NCBI GenBank assembly: GCA_050294405.1
Contig: JBNKOC010000025.1
Coordinates: forward strand, 130,628 to 194,627
Source: Fibrobacteria bacterium
GTDB taxonomy: Bacteria > Fibrobacterota > Fibrobacteria > UBA11236 > JADFYW01
Direction of reading: 5' to 3'
Length of the DNA stretch: 64,000 nt
This document shows positions 46,721-56,608 of this stretch, one piece after another (positions within the stretch are counted from its first letter, which is position 1; each line of letters begins with the position of its first letter). The notes beneath the pieces were generated by a model, which saw only the letters and a list, made by a program, of their open reading frames with translations, did not search any database and had not been told where the DNA came from. The translations under genes and the position numbers were made by a program.

Positions 46721-47812
46721 GTGAAAAAAGATTTCCATGAAAAATATATGAAATTAGCCCTTAATGAGGCCTTTAAAGCGCGGGGCAATACATTTCCCAA
46801 CCCAGCAGTGGGGGCTATTTTGGTAAAAAATGGAAAAGTGCTGAGCCGTGGCCACACGCAGCCTCCCGGAGGAGCCCATGCAGAAGTGATGGCCTTAAAA
46901 AAAGCAGGTTTGGCTGCCAAGGGAGCTCACTTATTTGTAACTCTGGAGCCCTGTAACCACTATGGCCGTACGCCACCCTGTAGCTTGGCCATTATTAAAG
47001 CAGGTGTAAAAAAAGTGAGCTATGGCTTTTTAGATCCCAATCCCAAAGTCAAGGCTAAGGGAATTGCCCGACTTAAAAAGGCTGGTATAGATTGCAGCCT
47101 GGAAAACCTTAATGGCCAGTTAGATGAATTTTACGGAGATTACGCTTTTTTTGTAAAATACAAACGCCCCAAGATAATTTTAAAAGTGGCCCAGTCGTTA
47201 GAAGGAGCTATTTCAGCTAAGGCGGGAACCCGCAGTCAAATCAGTTCTCCAGAGCTTGCTAAATGGACCCATAAATTAAGGCAGAATTGCGATGGAATCC
47301 TTGTGGGTGCGGCCACCATTAAGGCAGATAAGCCTCTACTCAATATTCGCTATGGGATAAAAAAACGTTTACATGAGCCCTGGATATTAATTCTGGGTCA
47401 AAATTCCCGAAGAAAAATACCGGGGTACCTAAAGCAAATGGCAAAAATAAGAAAGCTCATGGTTTTTGATAGAGAAGACCCCCGTCCCATTGCAGATCAA
47501 AACAACCCTGCCCTGTGTTGGGAGCCCTTAAAATACAAGGCCAAAAACCCGGTAAGAGAAGTGGTGGAAAAATTATCACAAAAAGGTTTTCACAGCATTT
47601 TAGTGGAAGGTGGGGCTAAAACCCTCCAATTTTGGCTGGATAGCGGGCTTTGGGATGAATTTTACATTTTACAAAGTCCGGTTACTTTGCCCGGCGGGCT
47701 TTTGTGGGCGCAAGGCAAGGCTAAAAACTGGGATAAAGGGGCCAAAATTGGTAAATTTATGCCCTTTAAAAATGAGGTTATTTGGTGCTTTGTGCCCAAA
47801 ATCTCCAGGTAA
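46721..47812 (+). CDS. ribD: Riboflavin biosynthesis deaminase/reductase
   Basis: PNPAVGA, HAE, LEPCNHYGRTPPC and LVEGG motifs. Start at GTG 46721 or ATG 46748; the track's 46640 start overlaps the divergent gene. Confidence 0.92.
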   Translation: MKKDFHEKYMKLALNEAFKARGNTFPNPAVGAILVKNGKVLSRGHTQPPGGAHAEVMALKKAGLAAKGAHLFVTLEPCNHYGRTPPCSLAIIKAGVKKVSYGFLDPNPKVKAKGIARLKKAGIDCSLENLNGQLDEFYGDYAFFVKYKRPKIILKVAQSLEGAISAKAGTRSQISSPELAKWTHKLRQNCDGILVGAATIKADKPLLNIRYGIKKRLHEPWILILGQNSRRKIPGYLKQMAKIRKLMVFDREDPRPIADQNNPALCWEPLKYKAKNPVREVVEKLSQKGFHSILVEGGAKTLQFWLDSGLWDEFYILQSPVTLPGGLLWAQGKAKNWDKGAKIGKFMPFKNEVIWCFVPKISR

Positions 47813-48463
47813 ATGTTTACAGGAATTATTGAAGATTTAGGAACGCTTTTAAAAGCCACGCCCAACGATTTGGGTATTGAATTTCTATTTGAACCCAAAC
47901 GTATATTACCGGCTATCAAAGTGGGCGACAGTGTTGCCTGTAACGGGGTATGCCTTAGCGCAACCTCTATCACAAAGAATTCTTTTTGCTGCTACGCGGT
48001 GAAAGAAACTTTAGAAAAAACCAATTTGGGTTCTCTTCAGCAAGGTGATAAGGTGAATTTTGAATTGGCCATGGGAAGTGAAAGCCGGGTGGGCGGCCAC
48101 CATGTATCTGGCCATGTGGACGGTGTGGCCAGGGTTATAAGCTGGAACAGCCTTCAAGATGGTAGCGCTGAATTGTGGTTGGAACTTCCAGCCTCCCTGC
48201 AAAAATACTGCATAGCGAAGGGTTCTATTGCCCTTAATGGCGTGAGCTTAACCATTGCCGCTAAAGAAAAAAACAAAATTAAAATAGCCCTCATTCCCAT
48301 AACCATTGCCAACACCAATCTCAATCAATTGGAAGAGGGCAGGGCCATTAATGTGGAAGTGGATTTAATGGGCAAATACATCGAAAATTTTTTAATGGCT
48401 TATTTTGAAGACTCGGATAATCCTTTAATCAAAGAGTTGGCCAAAGGAATGCAAAATGTTTGA
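47813..48463 (+). CDS. ribE: Riboflavin synthase alpha chain
   Basis: MFTGII, GDSVACNGVCLS, GGHHVSGHVD and KGSIALNGVSLT motifs. Confidence 0.95.
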   Translation: MFTGIIEDLGTLLKATPNDLGIEFLFEPKRILPAIKVGDSVACNGVCLSATSITKNSFCCYAVKETLEKTNLGSLQQGDKVNFELAMGSESRVGGHHVSGHVDGVARVISWNSLQDGSAELWLELPASLQKYCIAKGSIALNGVSLTIAAKEKNKIKIALIPITIANTNLNQLEEGRAINVEVDLMGKYIENFLMAYFEDSDNPLIKELAKGMQNV

Positions 48464-49652
48464 ATCTGTGGAAAAGGCCATTGAGGACATTAAAGCCGGT
48501 AAAATGGTTATTGTGGTGGATGCGGAAAGCCGGGAAAATGAAGGCGATTTGATTTTTGCAGCTTCAGCCGCTACTCCTGAAAAAATCAATTTTATGCTTA
48601 AAGAAGGTCGGGGGCTAATTTGTGTGGCCCTGGAACCAGAACGGGTGGATGAACTAAACCTCCCTCTTATGGTGCAAAACAATGGGGAACGTTTACAGAC
48701 GGCATTTACCGTTTCCGTGGAAGTAAAAGAAGGCACTACCACCGGAATATCCGCCAAAGACCGGTGTTTAACGGCTTTGGCTTTGGCTAATCCCGAAAAA
48801 AAATCAAAAGACTTTATTAGCCCGGGCCATGTGTTTCCCCTAAAAGCGCGCAAAGGCGGGGTTTTAGTACGGGCTGGCCACACTGAAGCCGCAGTGGATT
48901 TAACCCGGGCTGCCGGGCTTACAGGTGGCGGAGTTATATGTGAAATTTTGAATGAAGATGGTTCTATGGCCAGGCTTCCCGATTTGGAAAAGTTCGCACA
49001 AAAATTTGATCTCACTTTGATATCCATATCCGATTTAATTGGCTATCGCCGTCGCAGCGAACTGCTGGTAAAAATGGTGGCCTCTCCCAAGCTTCCCACA
49101 GATTACGGGGAGTTTCAAGCCTTTGCCTTTAAAGACTTGGTACATGGTCAAGAACATATGGCTTTGGTGAAAGGTCCCATTGATTCTGAAAAAAACATTT
49201 TAGTTCGGGTGCATTCTGAATGTTTAACCGGAGATGCCTTTGCGTCTAAGCGTTGCGACTGCGGAGTTCAGTTGGACTTAGCCTTAAAACGTATTTCTGA
49301 AGAGGGGGGAGTTCTCCTATACATGCGTCAGGAAGGCCGTGGTATCGGGCTTCACAATAAAATGCGGGCTTACGAATTGCAGGATAAGGGGTACGATACC
49401 GTGGAGGCCAACCATATGCTGGGTTTTAAATCCGATGAAAGGACATATGGTATCGGAGCTCAAATTTTATATGAACTTGGAGTTCGCAACATCCGTCTTT
49501 TGACCAACAACCCCAAAAAAGGCTTGGGGCTGGATGGACATGGTCTTTGCATTGTGGAACAGCTTCCCATTTACGGAGAACCCAACGATGCCAACCGCAG
49601 TTATCTCACCACTAAGAAATTAAAAATGGGCCATAACCTGCCCAATGTTTAA
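48456..49652 (+). CDS. ribBA: Bifunctional DHBP synthase / GTP cyclohydrolase II
   Basis: RENEGD, PGHVFPL, RAGHTEA, RVHSECLTGD..RCDCG, QEGRGIG and LLTNNP motifs. Confidence 0.96.
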   Translation: MFESVEKAIEDIKAGKMVIVVDAESRENEGDLIFAASAATPEKINFMLKEGRGLICVALEPERVDELNLPLMVQNNGERLQTAFTVSVEVKEGTTTGISAKDRCLTALALANPEKKSKDFISPGHVFPLKARKGGVLVRAGHTEAAVDLTRAAGLTGGGVICEILNEDGSMARLPDLEKFAQKFDLTLISISDLIGYRRRSELLVKMVASPKLPTDYGEFQAFAFKDLVHGQEHMALVKGPIDSEKNILVRVHSECLTGDAFASKRCDCGVQLDLALKRISEEGGVLLYMRQEGRGIGLHNKMRAYELQDKGYDTVEANHMLGFKSDERTYGIGAQILYELGVRNIRLLTNNPKKGLGLDGHGLCIVEQLPIYGEPNDANRSYLTTKKLKMGHNLPNV

Positions 49653-49663
49653 GGAGCCAATGT

Positions 49664-50125
49664 ATGCCCGAAATTACTGGAACACTTAACGCGAACGGAA
49701 AAAAGTTTGCCATTGTAGTTGGCCGTTTCAACCAGGCCATTACCTCCAAATTATTGGAAGGCGCCGTGGATTGCATTGCCAGGCATGGAGGAAAAAAAGA
49801 GGACATTACCACAGTTTGGGTTCCTGGCTCTTTTGAAATTCCCCAAACCGTAAAAAAATGCCTGGAAAGCAAAAAATGGGATTCGGTAATTGCCCTTGGA
49901 GCCGTAATAAAGGGAGACACTCCTCATTTCGATCATGTTTCCAATTCTGTAACATCCGGTTTGGCCCAGTTGAGCCTGCAGTCCAGCATTCCCGTTGTGT
50001 ATGGGGTTTTAACCACCGAAACTGTAGAGCAGGCCATGGACAGAGCTGGTGTTAAAAGTGGCAATAAAGGATGGGATGCGGCCCTTACCGCTTTAGACAT
50101 GATAAGTGTTTTGGAACAGCTATAA
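49664..50125 (+). CDS. ribH: 6,7-dimethyl-8-ribityllumazine synthase
   Basis: RFN, VPGSFEIP, ALGAVIKGDTPHF and GNKGWDAA motifs. Confidence 0.96.
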   Translation: MPEITGTLNANGKKFAIVVGRFNQAITSKLLEGAVDCIARHGGKKEDITTVWVPGSFEIPQTVKKCLESKKWDSVIALGAVIKGDTPHFDHVSNSVTSGLAQLSLQSSIPVVYGVLTTETVEQAMDRAGVKSGNKGWDAALTALDMISVLEQL

Positions 50126-50538
50126 TGGTTTCCAATCGAAAAGGCCGTGAGTTTGCATTGCAAAAGCTCTATGTATTGGAAGTAGGACAAGTGGATGATG
50201 AATTGGGGGAAGAAAAAATCATTACGGATTTAAAAGTGGACCACCGCTCACGGACCTATGGAAAAAAACTGATCCAGCTTATTCAGGACAATTTATTTGA
50301 AATTGACGACGCAATATCTAAATATTCCAACAACTGGAATTTGGATAGGATAGCCATTTTGGATAAAATCATTTTGCGTTGCAGTATGGCCGAATTAAAA
50401 TATTTGCCGGAAATTCCCGCTCGGGTAAGCATCACCGAAGCGGTTCAATTGGCTAAAAAATATTCCACTGCGGAAAGCCCTGGTTTTGTAAACGGGGTCT
50501 TAAACGCAGCTTATCAAAAAATTAATTCAACACTTTAA
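50125..50538 (+). CDS. nusB: Transcription antitermination factor NusB
   Basis: R..RE.ALQ.LY, NWNLDRI..LD, EAVQLAKKY and FVNGVL motifs. TAATG overlap with ribH. Confidence 0.93.
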   Translation: MVSNRKGREFALQKLYVLEVGQVDDELGEEKIITDLKVDHRSRTYGKKLIQLIQDNLFEIDDAISKYSNNWNLDRIAILDKIILRCSMAELKYLPEIPARVSITEAVQLAKKYSTAESPGFVNGVLNAAYQKINSTL

Positions 50539-50549
50539 CAGGTAAATGC

Positions 50550-53492
50550 ATGGAATCGAATAAAAGAACCAAAGTCTTGTTGTCATTGGGAACCTTGTTG
50601 GTAAGTTTAATTACTTACTTGTTTACGGCGGCTCCCACTGTTTCTTTTTGGGATTGCGGCGAATTTATCGCTTGCGCCAATATTTTGGGTGTGCCCCATC
50701 CTCCCGGAACACCTATGTTTATGATAATCGGCCGTTTCTTTATTTTGCTATTCGGATTTTTTAGTGAAATAGCCTTTCGCGTAAATCTGGTGAGCGTCAT
50801 CAGTTCTGCTGTGGGGGTGATGTTTGTTTATTTGTTTACCGAAAAATTAATCAGCCTGGTATTTAAAAATAAAACCAGCAGCTTTGTTTCCCATGCTGGG
50901 GCATTGATAGCGGCCTTTTTGGTGAATTTTTCCGATACCTATTGGTTTAATGCCGTTGAAGCAGAGGTGTATGGACTTGCCATGTGTCTGGTGATGTTAA
51001 TTTCCTGGCTATCCTTGTTATGGGTGGAGAACAGAACAAACCCCATGGGCGAGAGACTATTGCTTTTGATTTGTTACATAGCCTTTTTAGGAGTGGGTTT
51101 TCACTTGTACACGGTTATGACTTTTCCGGCAATTTTGCTGCTCATGATTATGATTGAGCCTCAAACCAAATACAATTATTCCTTAATAATTACCGGTATA
51201 ACTTTGTTATCTGTGGTTTATAAGGTGAGCTACTTTGTCCACTTCGCCTTTTTTACCATGCTGGCCTGGATAATTCTGTATTTTGTGGTTAGCGATACCA
51301 AGCATAAACGCCAGTTGAATTTGGCTATTTGGTTTTGTTTATTGGCGGTTATCGGATATAGCAACCATGCTTATATTCCCATAAGATCTTCCTTAGACCC
51401 CCGCATTGATGAAAACAACCCGGAATTTAAACTTTCCGGGCTTTTTGACGCTAAAGAACGCGAACGTTTTTCAGGGTTTGTGGAACGTAAACAATACGGT
51501 TCTGAGAGTATGTTAACCAGAGCCCTACACCGCCGCGGTGATGTGATGAATCAAATTTTTTCTCATCCTCATATGGGATACGGGGGCTACATGTTGGCCC
51601 AATACTTGCCCTGGAAAGTGGGGGAAGGGCGTTCTTCCATTGTAGATGGCAAGTTTAAAGGCAAAGCTGCTTTCGAAGCAGATCCCGATGACAATAACCC
51701 AGTAAAAAGATTGGGTGTGGAATTTCCCACGCAAATGTCTTTTATGCCTCCCTATACCAACCGAGGGATGCAAGTTATGTTATTTTTGCTTTTCCATATA
51801 CCCATGTTATGGGGCGCAATTAAGGCTTACAAACTTAATAAACCCTTTGGAGTATACATATTGACTCTATATATCCTGGCCAGTGCCGGACTTATTTTTT
51901 ACATGAACTTTTCCGATGGTATTCGTCCCGATTTAGGCCCCTATAAGCAATGGGTAGAGCAAGGCGCTGACCCTGCAAATCCGCCATATCCCGTTTATAT
52001 GGAGGTGCGTGAGAGAGATTACTTTTTTACTCCCGGATATATTTTTATGTCTGTGCTGTTCGGACTTTCTGCCGCCTTTTTTATTCAAATGTTGCGGGAA
52101 AAAAAGAACAGCCTGGGAGCGGCCCATAGACCCATTGGCGTGGCCCTGGTAGTGGTGTCTTTTATTGTGCCTTGTTTTTCAAATTACTACGAACATGATA
52201 GAAGCAAGGTTTATGTTCCATATGATTATGCGAAAAACCTCTTAGAATCCTGTTTGCCAAACTCTGTGCTTTTTACCAATGGGGACAACGATACTTTTCC
52301 TCTTTGGTTTATGCAGGAGGTGGAAAATGTCCGCAAGGATGTTCGTGTGGTGAATTTGTCACTGGTTAACACAGATTGGTATATCCATCAATTAATCGAA
52401 CAGGAACCCAAATTAACCTTGGGTTTTACCCCAAACCAAATTGATGCTTTGCAGCCGCAAATCAACCAGCTGAACTCGCCACAAGAAATTACCTTGGGCA
52501 AAACCGGGCTTAAAATTACCCTTGAAGCACGTCAATCCAAGCCTTATTACAAAGTTCAGGACATGATGGTGATGAATATTGTGCAAAACAATTTTCCCAA
52601 GCGCCCCATTCATTTTGCGGTAACTGTGTCCAACCCCAATATGATGGGATTGGAAAAATATTTAAAAATGGATGGAATGGTTTATACTTTAACTAAAGAA
52701 GTTCACAACCAGGGGTTAGATAAAGAAAGAACCGCTCATTTGGTGGATAATGTATATAACTACCGAGGGCTGGAAAATAATGATGTATACTTAAACTCGG
52801 ATACAAGAGGTCTTCTAAGCAACTATTTTGCAACTAACCATCGATTGACCCGCTGGGCGCAAGATGAGATCTCCAAACTGGATGCTGAAAAATCCCAGTT
52901 AGAGGCGCAGGTTTCAGCAGCGGAATCCGATTCAGCAAAAGAAGAATTGAATAACCGCCTTGGCGAAATCAAACAGGAGAAAGAGGATAAAATCAAGTTT
53001 GCTGAAAAATATTTAGCTAACACAGAGCGTATTATGTCCTGGGATTGGCGCCATTATTATTTTGCCAGCCAGTTTTATCGCGGTATTGGAGACAGCCAAA
53101 AAGCCAAATCTTTACTGGAAAAGGGACTGAAACTTGGGAAGCAACAAGAAGCCTTAACAGCTCAATTAGGCCAGCTCTATATGGACGAGGCTGATTTCAA
53201 TAAAGCCGAAGCCCTATATAAAGATTTGCTGGACAAAAATCCCGGTGATTTTCAATTAGTCCATGCTTTGTTGGATGCCTACGAAAAACAAAAGAAATTG
53301 GGTGAAGCCCAGCAGTTGGTGAATGGCTTTTTAAATGAAAACCCCACGCATCAGTATGCCGGTTATCTTAAAAACAAGCTGATGAATTTCGAACGCCGTG
53401 AGTCCGAATCCAAGGCGCCTGCCCTTCCGCCTATGCCTCCTGTGGAAAGCGCGGAGTCTGAGGATGATTCCGGGCAAACAGATTCAAAGTAA
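50550..53492 (+). CDS. DUF2723 / TMEM260-like multi-TM glycosyltransferase with C-terminal TPRs
   Basis: SFWDCGEFIA..LGVPHPPG, AVEAEVY, RERDYFF, FTNGDNDTFPLW and DVRVVNLSL.NTDWY motifs. Confidence 0.88.
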   Translation: MESNKRTKVLLSLGTLLVSLITYLFTAAPTVSFWDCGEFIACANILGVPHPPGTPMFMIIGRFFILLFGFFSEIAFRVNLVSVISSAVGVMFVYLFTEKLISLVFKNKTSSFVSHAGALIAAFLVNFSDTYWFNAVEAEVYGLAMCLVMLISWLSLLWVENRTNPMGERLLLLICYIAFLGVGFHLYTVMTFPAILLLMIMIEPQTKYNYSLIITGITLLSVVYKVSYFVHFAFFTMLAWIILYFVVSDTKHKRQLNLAIWFCLLAVIGYSNHAYIPIRSSLDPRIDENNPEFKLSGLFDAKERERFSGFVERKQYGSESMLTRALHRRGDVMNQIFSHPHMGYGGYMLAQYLPWKVGEGRSSIVDGKFKGKAAFEADPDDNNPVKRLGVEFPTQMSFMPPYTNRGMQVMLFLLFHIPMLWGAIKAYKLNKPFGVYILTLYILASAGLIFYMNFSDGIRPDLGPYKQWVEQGADPANPPYPVYMEVRERDYFFTPGYIFMSVLFGLSAAFFIQMLREKKNSLGAAHRPIGVALVVVSFIVPCFSNYYEHDRSKVYVPYDYAKNLLESCLPNSVLFTNGDNDTFPLWFMQEVENVRKDVRVVNLSLVNTDWYIHQLIEQEPKLTLGFTPNQIDALQPQINQLNSPQEITLGKTGLKITLEARQSKPYYKVQDMMVMNIVQNNFPKRPIHFAVTVSNPNMMGLEKYLKMDGMVYTLTKEVHNQGLDKERTAHLVDNVYNYRGLENNDVYLNSDTRGLLSNYFATNHRLTRWAQDEISKLDAEKSQLEAQVSAAESDSAKEELNNRLGEIKQEKEDKIKFAEKYLANTERIMSWDWRHYYFASQFYRGIGDSQKAKSLLEKGLKLGKQQEALTAQLGQLYMDEADFNKAEALYKDLLDKNPGDFQLVHALLDAYEKQKKLGEAQQLVNGFLNENPTHQYAGYLKNKLMNFERRESESKAPALPPMPPVESAESEDDSGQTDSK

Positions 53493-53504
53493 CCCGTAAA
53501 ATTA

Positions 53505-53536
53505 AAAGCAGGGTCCGAAAGGGCCCTGTTTCATTT
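53505..53536 (+). terminator. GNRA-loop hairpin, probable terminator or mRNA-stability element
   Basis: GCAGGGTCC-GAAA-GGGCCCTGT followed by TTCATTT. Confidence 0.6.
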
Positions 53537-53544
53537 CCATTACA

Positions 53545-54669
53545 GTGAAACCCCTAAAAAAAATCCTTTTTATTAATTGGCAAGATAAAGAAAACCCGGA
53601 TGCTGGAGGGGCTGAAGTTCATTTACATGAAGTTGCCGAGCGTTTTGTCCGAGATGGAATTTCTTGTACAGCCATTGTCAGCAAATTTAAAGGCGCCTCA
53701 GACCATAGCGTGCAAAATGGACTTGACATCTACAGGCACGGCCGTAGATGGAATTTTAATTTTGTGGTTTTGTTTTCTTTTAAAAAGTGGGTAAAACACC
53801 ATAATCCTGATCTTATTGTGGATGATTCCAATAAAATTCCCTTTTTTTTAGCTATGCAAACAAAAACAGCTGTTGTGGTTCGTATCCATCACCTATTCAG
53901 GGAAGTTATTTTTAAAGAAGCCTCTTTTCCGGCAGCCCTATATGTATATATCATGGAAACTTTAGCTTTAAAATCCTGGAAAAATCTTCCCGTACTCACA
54001 GTTTCAAAAAGCACTCAGGATGATTTAAGAAAATCGGGGGTTTTAAATTCGGCCATTGCCCTTAATGGAGTGGATTTTGAATCCTATCAAAAACTAGCTC
54101 ATGTGGAAAAAAAGCCCTATCAGCTTCTCTATTTGGGGCGCATTAAAAAATACAAGGGCCTGGATATGCTTATCAGAGTGGTTGTAAGCCTTAAAGATAA
54201 ATTTCCAGAGCTTAATTTTGTTATTGCGGGAATGGGAGATGATGTCCCCAGATTAAAAAAAATGGTGGCTGATTTGGGGGCCAATGGCTACATTCATTTT
54301 GCCGGTTTTTTAAGTCGGGAAGGGAAAATGGAACTGTACAATGAAAGTTGTGTGGCTTTAAATTCTTCGCTTAAAGAGGGTTATGGCCTTACTACAATTG
54401 AGGCCAACGCATGTGGTACTTGTGTGGTAGCTACAGATGTCCCTGGGCTTAGAGATAGTATTTTAAATGGAAAAACAGGTTTTTTAAGTCCTCTGGGAAA
54501 TGAAATTGATTTTGAAAAGAAAGTGGAAATTTTGTTGTCTGATAGTAAAAAGCGCCAGGAAATGGAATCAAATGCCATAGAATGGGCCAAATCACACAAT
54601 TGGGAAGCCACCTACCAAGCTAGTAGAAGATTTATGGAGCAAGTTTATGAAAGGGGGCAAACTACTTGA
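53545..54669 (+). CDS. Glycosyltransferase family 4
   Basis: NWQD..NPDAGGAE, LGRIKKYKG and KEGYGLTTIEANACG motifs. Confidence 0.9.
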   Translation: MKPLKKILFINWQDKENPDAGGAEVHLHEVAERFVRDGISCTAIVSKFKGASDHSVQNGLDIYRHGRRWNFNFVVLFSFKKWVKHHNPDLIVDDSNKIPFFLAMQTKTAVVVRIHHLFREVIFKEASFPAALYVYIMETLALKSWKNLPVLTVSKSTQDDLRKSGVLNSAIALNGVDFESYQKLAHVEKKPYQLLYLGRIKKYKGLDMLIRVVVSLKDKFPELNFVIAGMGDDVPRLKKMVADLGANGYIHFAGFLSREGKMELYNESCVALNSSLKEGYGLTTIEANACGTCVVATDVPGLRDSILNGKTGFLSPLGNEIDFEKKVEILLSDSKKRQEMESNAIEWAKSHNWEATYQASRRFMEQVYERGQTT

Positions 54670-55670
54670 GCCTTAAAGTGCGCATCAATATTTGGAAAAT
54701 AACCAAAATGTTATTGGTGCTTCTCATCATTGTCTATGTGGTTAGAAAAAATGGGGGTGCCAGAATGGTCCAGCAAATGGCGGATGCCAAGCTGGGTTGG
54801 ATGTTTCTGTCCGCATTGGCTTTTTTTGCCTCCATTATATTGGGATCTATTCAGTGGCATTTGCTTTTGCGTTTGCAAAATTTAAGGTACTCTATTTGGG
54901 AAACTTTCAAGACTTATTACATGGGCATGTTTTTTAATGCGGCTATTTTTAATTTAGCGGGAGATGCCCTTAGGGTTTATAAATTGCGCCGCCAGGAAAT
55001 GGATATGACATCTTCTTTCGTGGCGACTTTTATGGATAGGTTTATGGGCCTTACTATTTTATCTGCATTTAGTGTTGTGGCCGTTATTGTGATGTGGCAA
55101 AAGCAGATGTTAAGTTGGGAAAACTACCGAATGCTACTGGGTATGAGTACCATAGTTTTTGGCTGTTTTGGCATTGGTGCCGCGGCAATCAGCAGCAGGC
55201 GTTTTGCAAAATTGTTTAATTTGCTTTTTAATTTAATTGGACTTAAAAAAATAGAGGATATTTACGGTTCCATTAACAAATGTATGCTGGAATACCGCCG
55301 GCAATGGCCCACTATGATTGGTGTTATTGCTGTAAGCGCCACAGTTCACTCTTTAAGGGTTCTGGGGCATTTTTTGTGCGCCCTGGCTTTGGGAATTCAT
55401 ATACATTTGGCTTTTTTCTTCTGTTCCATTCCCATAATTTCCTTAGTGGCGGTGATTCCATTAAATTTGGGAGGCTGGGGTTTGCCCCAGGGAGTGGGCA
55501 CGGCTCTGTACAAACTGTCAGGGGTTATCCGGGAATTTCGCGATTATCCCTTAACCCCCGAAACGCTCACATTGGCTGCAGGCACGGTCACTTTTTTACC
55601 TGCCATAGTTTTTTACATCATTATGTTGATGGGCGGTTTATTTTTTATTTTGGATTCCAACAGGAAATAA
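54666..55670 (+). CDS. Lysylphosphatidylglycerol synthase TM-like (UPF0104, flippase-like) membrane protein
   Basis: QW..LL, GMFFN, GDALR, MDRFMG and IPLNLGGWG motifs. Confidence 0.8.
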   Translation: MSLKVRINIWKITKMLLVLLIIVYVVRKNGGARMVQQMADAKLGWMFLSALAFFASIILGSIQWHLLLRLQNLRYSIWETFKTYYMGMFFNAAIFNLAGDALRVYKLRRQEMDMTSSFVATFMDRFMGLTILSAFSVVAVIVMWQKQMLSWENYRMLLGMSTIVFGCFGIGAAAISSRRFAKLFNLLFNLIGLKKIEDIYGSINKCMLEYRRQWPTMIGVIAVSATVHSLRVLGHFLCALALGIHIHLAFFFCSIPIISLVAVIPLNLGGWGLPQGVGTALYKLSGVIREFRDYPLTPETLTLAAGTVTFLPAIVFYIIMLMGGLFFILDSNRK

Positions 55671-55676
55671 AAATTA

Positions 55677-56606
55677 ATGGATATTTCGATTATCATCCCA
55701 TCTTACAACGAGGCCGAGAGCCTGCCCATTTTAATTAGAGAGGTGGTTGAAGTTTGCGGGGCCCATTTTCCCGAATATGAAATATTGGTTGTGGATGATG
55801 GCAGTCAGGACAACAGTTTTGAAATTATTCAAAATCTGAATTCAGAAAACAACCGCGTTAAGGCTATTCGATTTAGAAGAAATTGTGGAAAGGCAGCGGC
55901 CCTTAGCGCGGGTTTTAAAGCCGCCAATGGAAAATATGTTATTACCATGGATGGCGATTTGCAGGATAACCCCAAAGAGATACCCGATTTTGTCCATCAT
56001 TTGGAAAGGGGTTTTGATCTTGTATCTGGATGGAAAAAAAAGAGATTCGATCCCATGGGTAAAACTCTGCCCTCTAAATTATTTAACAGGGTTACCCGCA
56101 TGATGTCAGGAGTTAAACTCCACGACTTCAATTGCGGGTTCAAAGCCTATCGCAATGAGGTTGTGAAATCCGTTAAAATATATGGAGAACTTCACAGATA
56201 TATTCCTGTTTTAGCCAATTGGAACGGTTTTAAAGTGGGAGAAAAAGTAGTGGAGCACAGAAAGCGTCAGTACGGCCATTCCAAATACGGTTGGTCTCGG
56301 TTGTCTAATGGGCTTTTTGATTTAATCACTTTGCTTTTTTTACATCGATATATTTCCAGGCCCTTGCATTTATTCGGTTTTATTGGATTGATTTTCAATT
56401 TAATAGGTGGGGGGATACTAGCCTATTTTGCCGGGGTGTGGCTTGTGAAGGGTAGTTTGCATATCCGACCGCTTTTATTAGGCGCTATTGCCTTTATTTT
56501 GCTGGGGTTTCAAATAATATCGCTTGGTCTTTTGGCAGAATTAATTGCCCAGAAATCAGATTTGGAATTTCCAATTTCCGAAACACTAGGCGAAGTTCAT
56601 ATATAA
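55677..56606 (+). CDS. GT2 polyprenol-phosphate glycosyltransferase (ArnC/GtrB-like, two C-terminal TMs)
   Basis: IPSYNE, VDDGS, MDGDLQD, HDFNCGFKAYR and YGELHRYIP motifs. Confidence 0.88.
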   Translation: MDISIIIPSYNEAESLPILIREVVEVCGAHFPEYEILVVDDGSQDNSFEIIQNLNSENNRVKAIRFRRNCGKAAALSAGFKAANGKYVITMDGDLQDNPKEIPDFVHHLERGFDLVSGWKKKRFDPMGKTLPSKLFNRVTRMMSGVKLHDFNCGFKAYRNEVVKSVKIYGELHRYIPVLANWNGFKVGEKVVEHRKRQYGHSKYGWSRLSNGLFDLITLLFLHRYISRPLHLFGFIGLIFNLIGGGILAYFAGVWLVKGSLHIRPLLLGAIAFILLGFQIISLGLLAELIAQKSDLEFPISETLGEVHI

Positions 56607-56608
56607 AC

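Noticed and set aside
47810..47815. ribD stop directly followed by in-frame ribE ATG (possible readthrough fusion)
   Set aside because: TAA is a strong stop and riboflavin synthase needs its free MFTG N-terminus. Ordinary translational coupling explains it.
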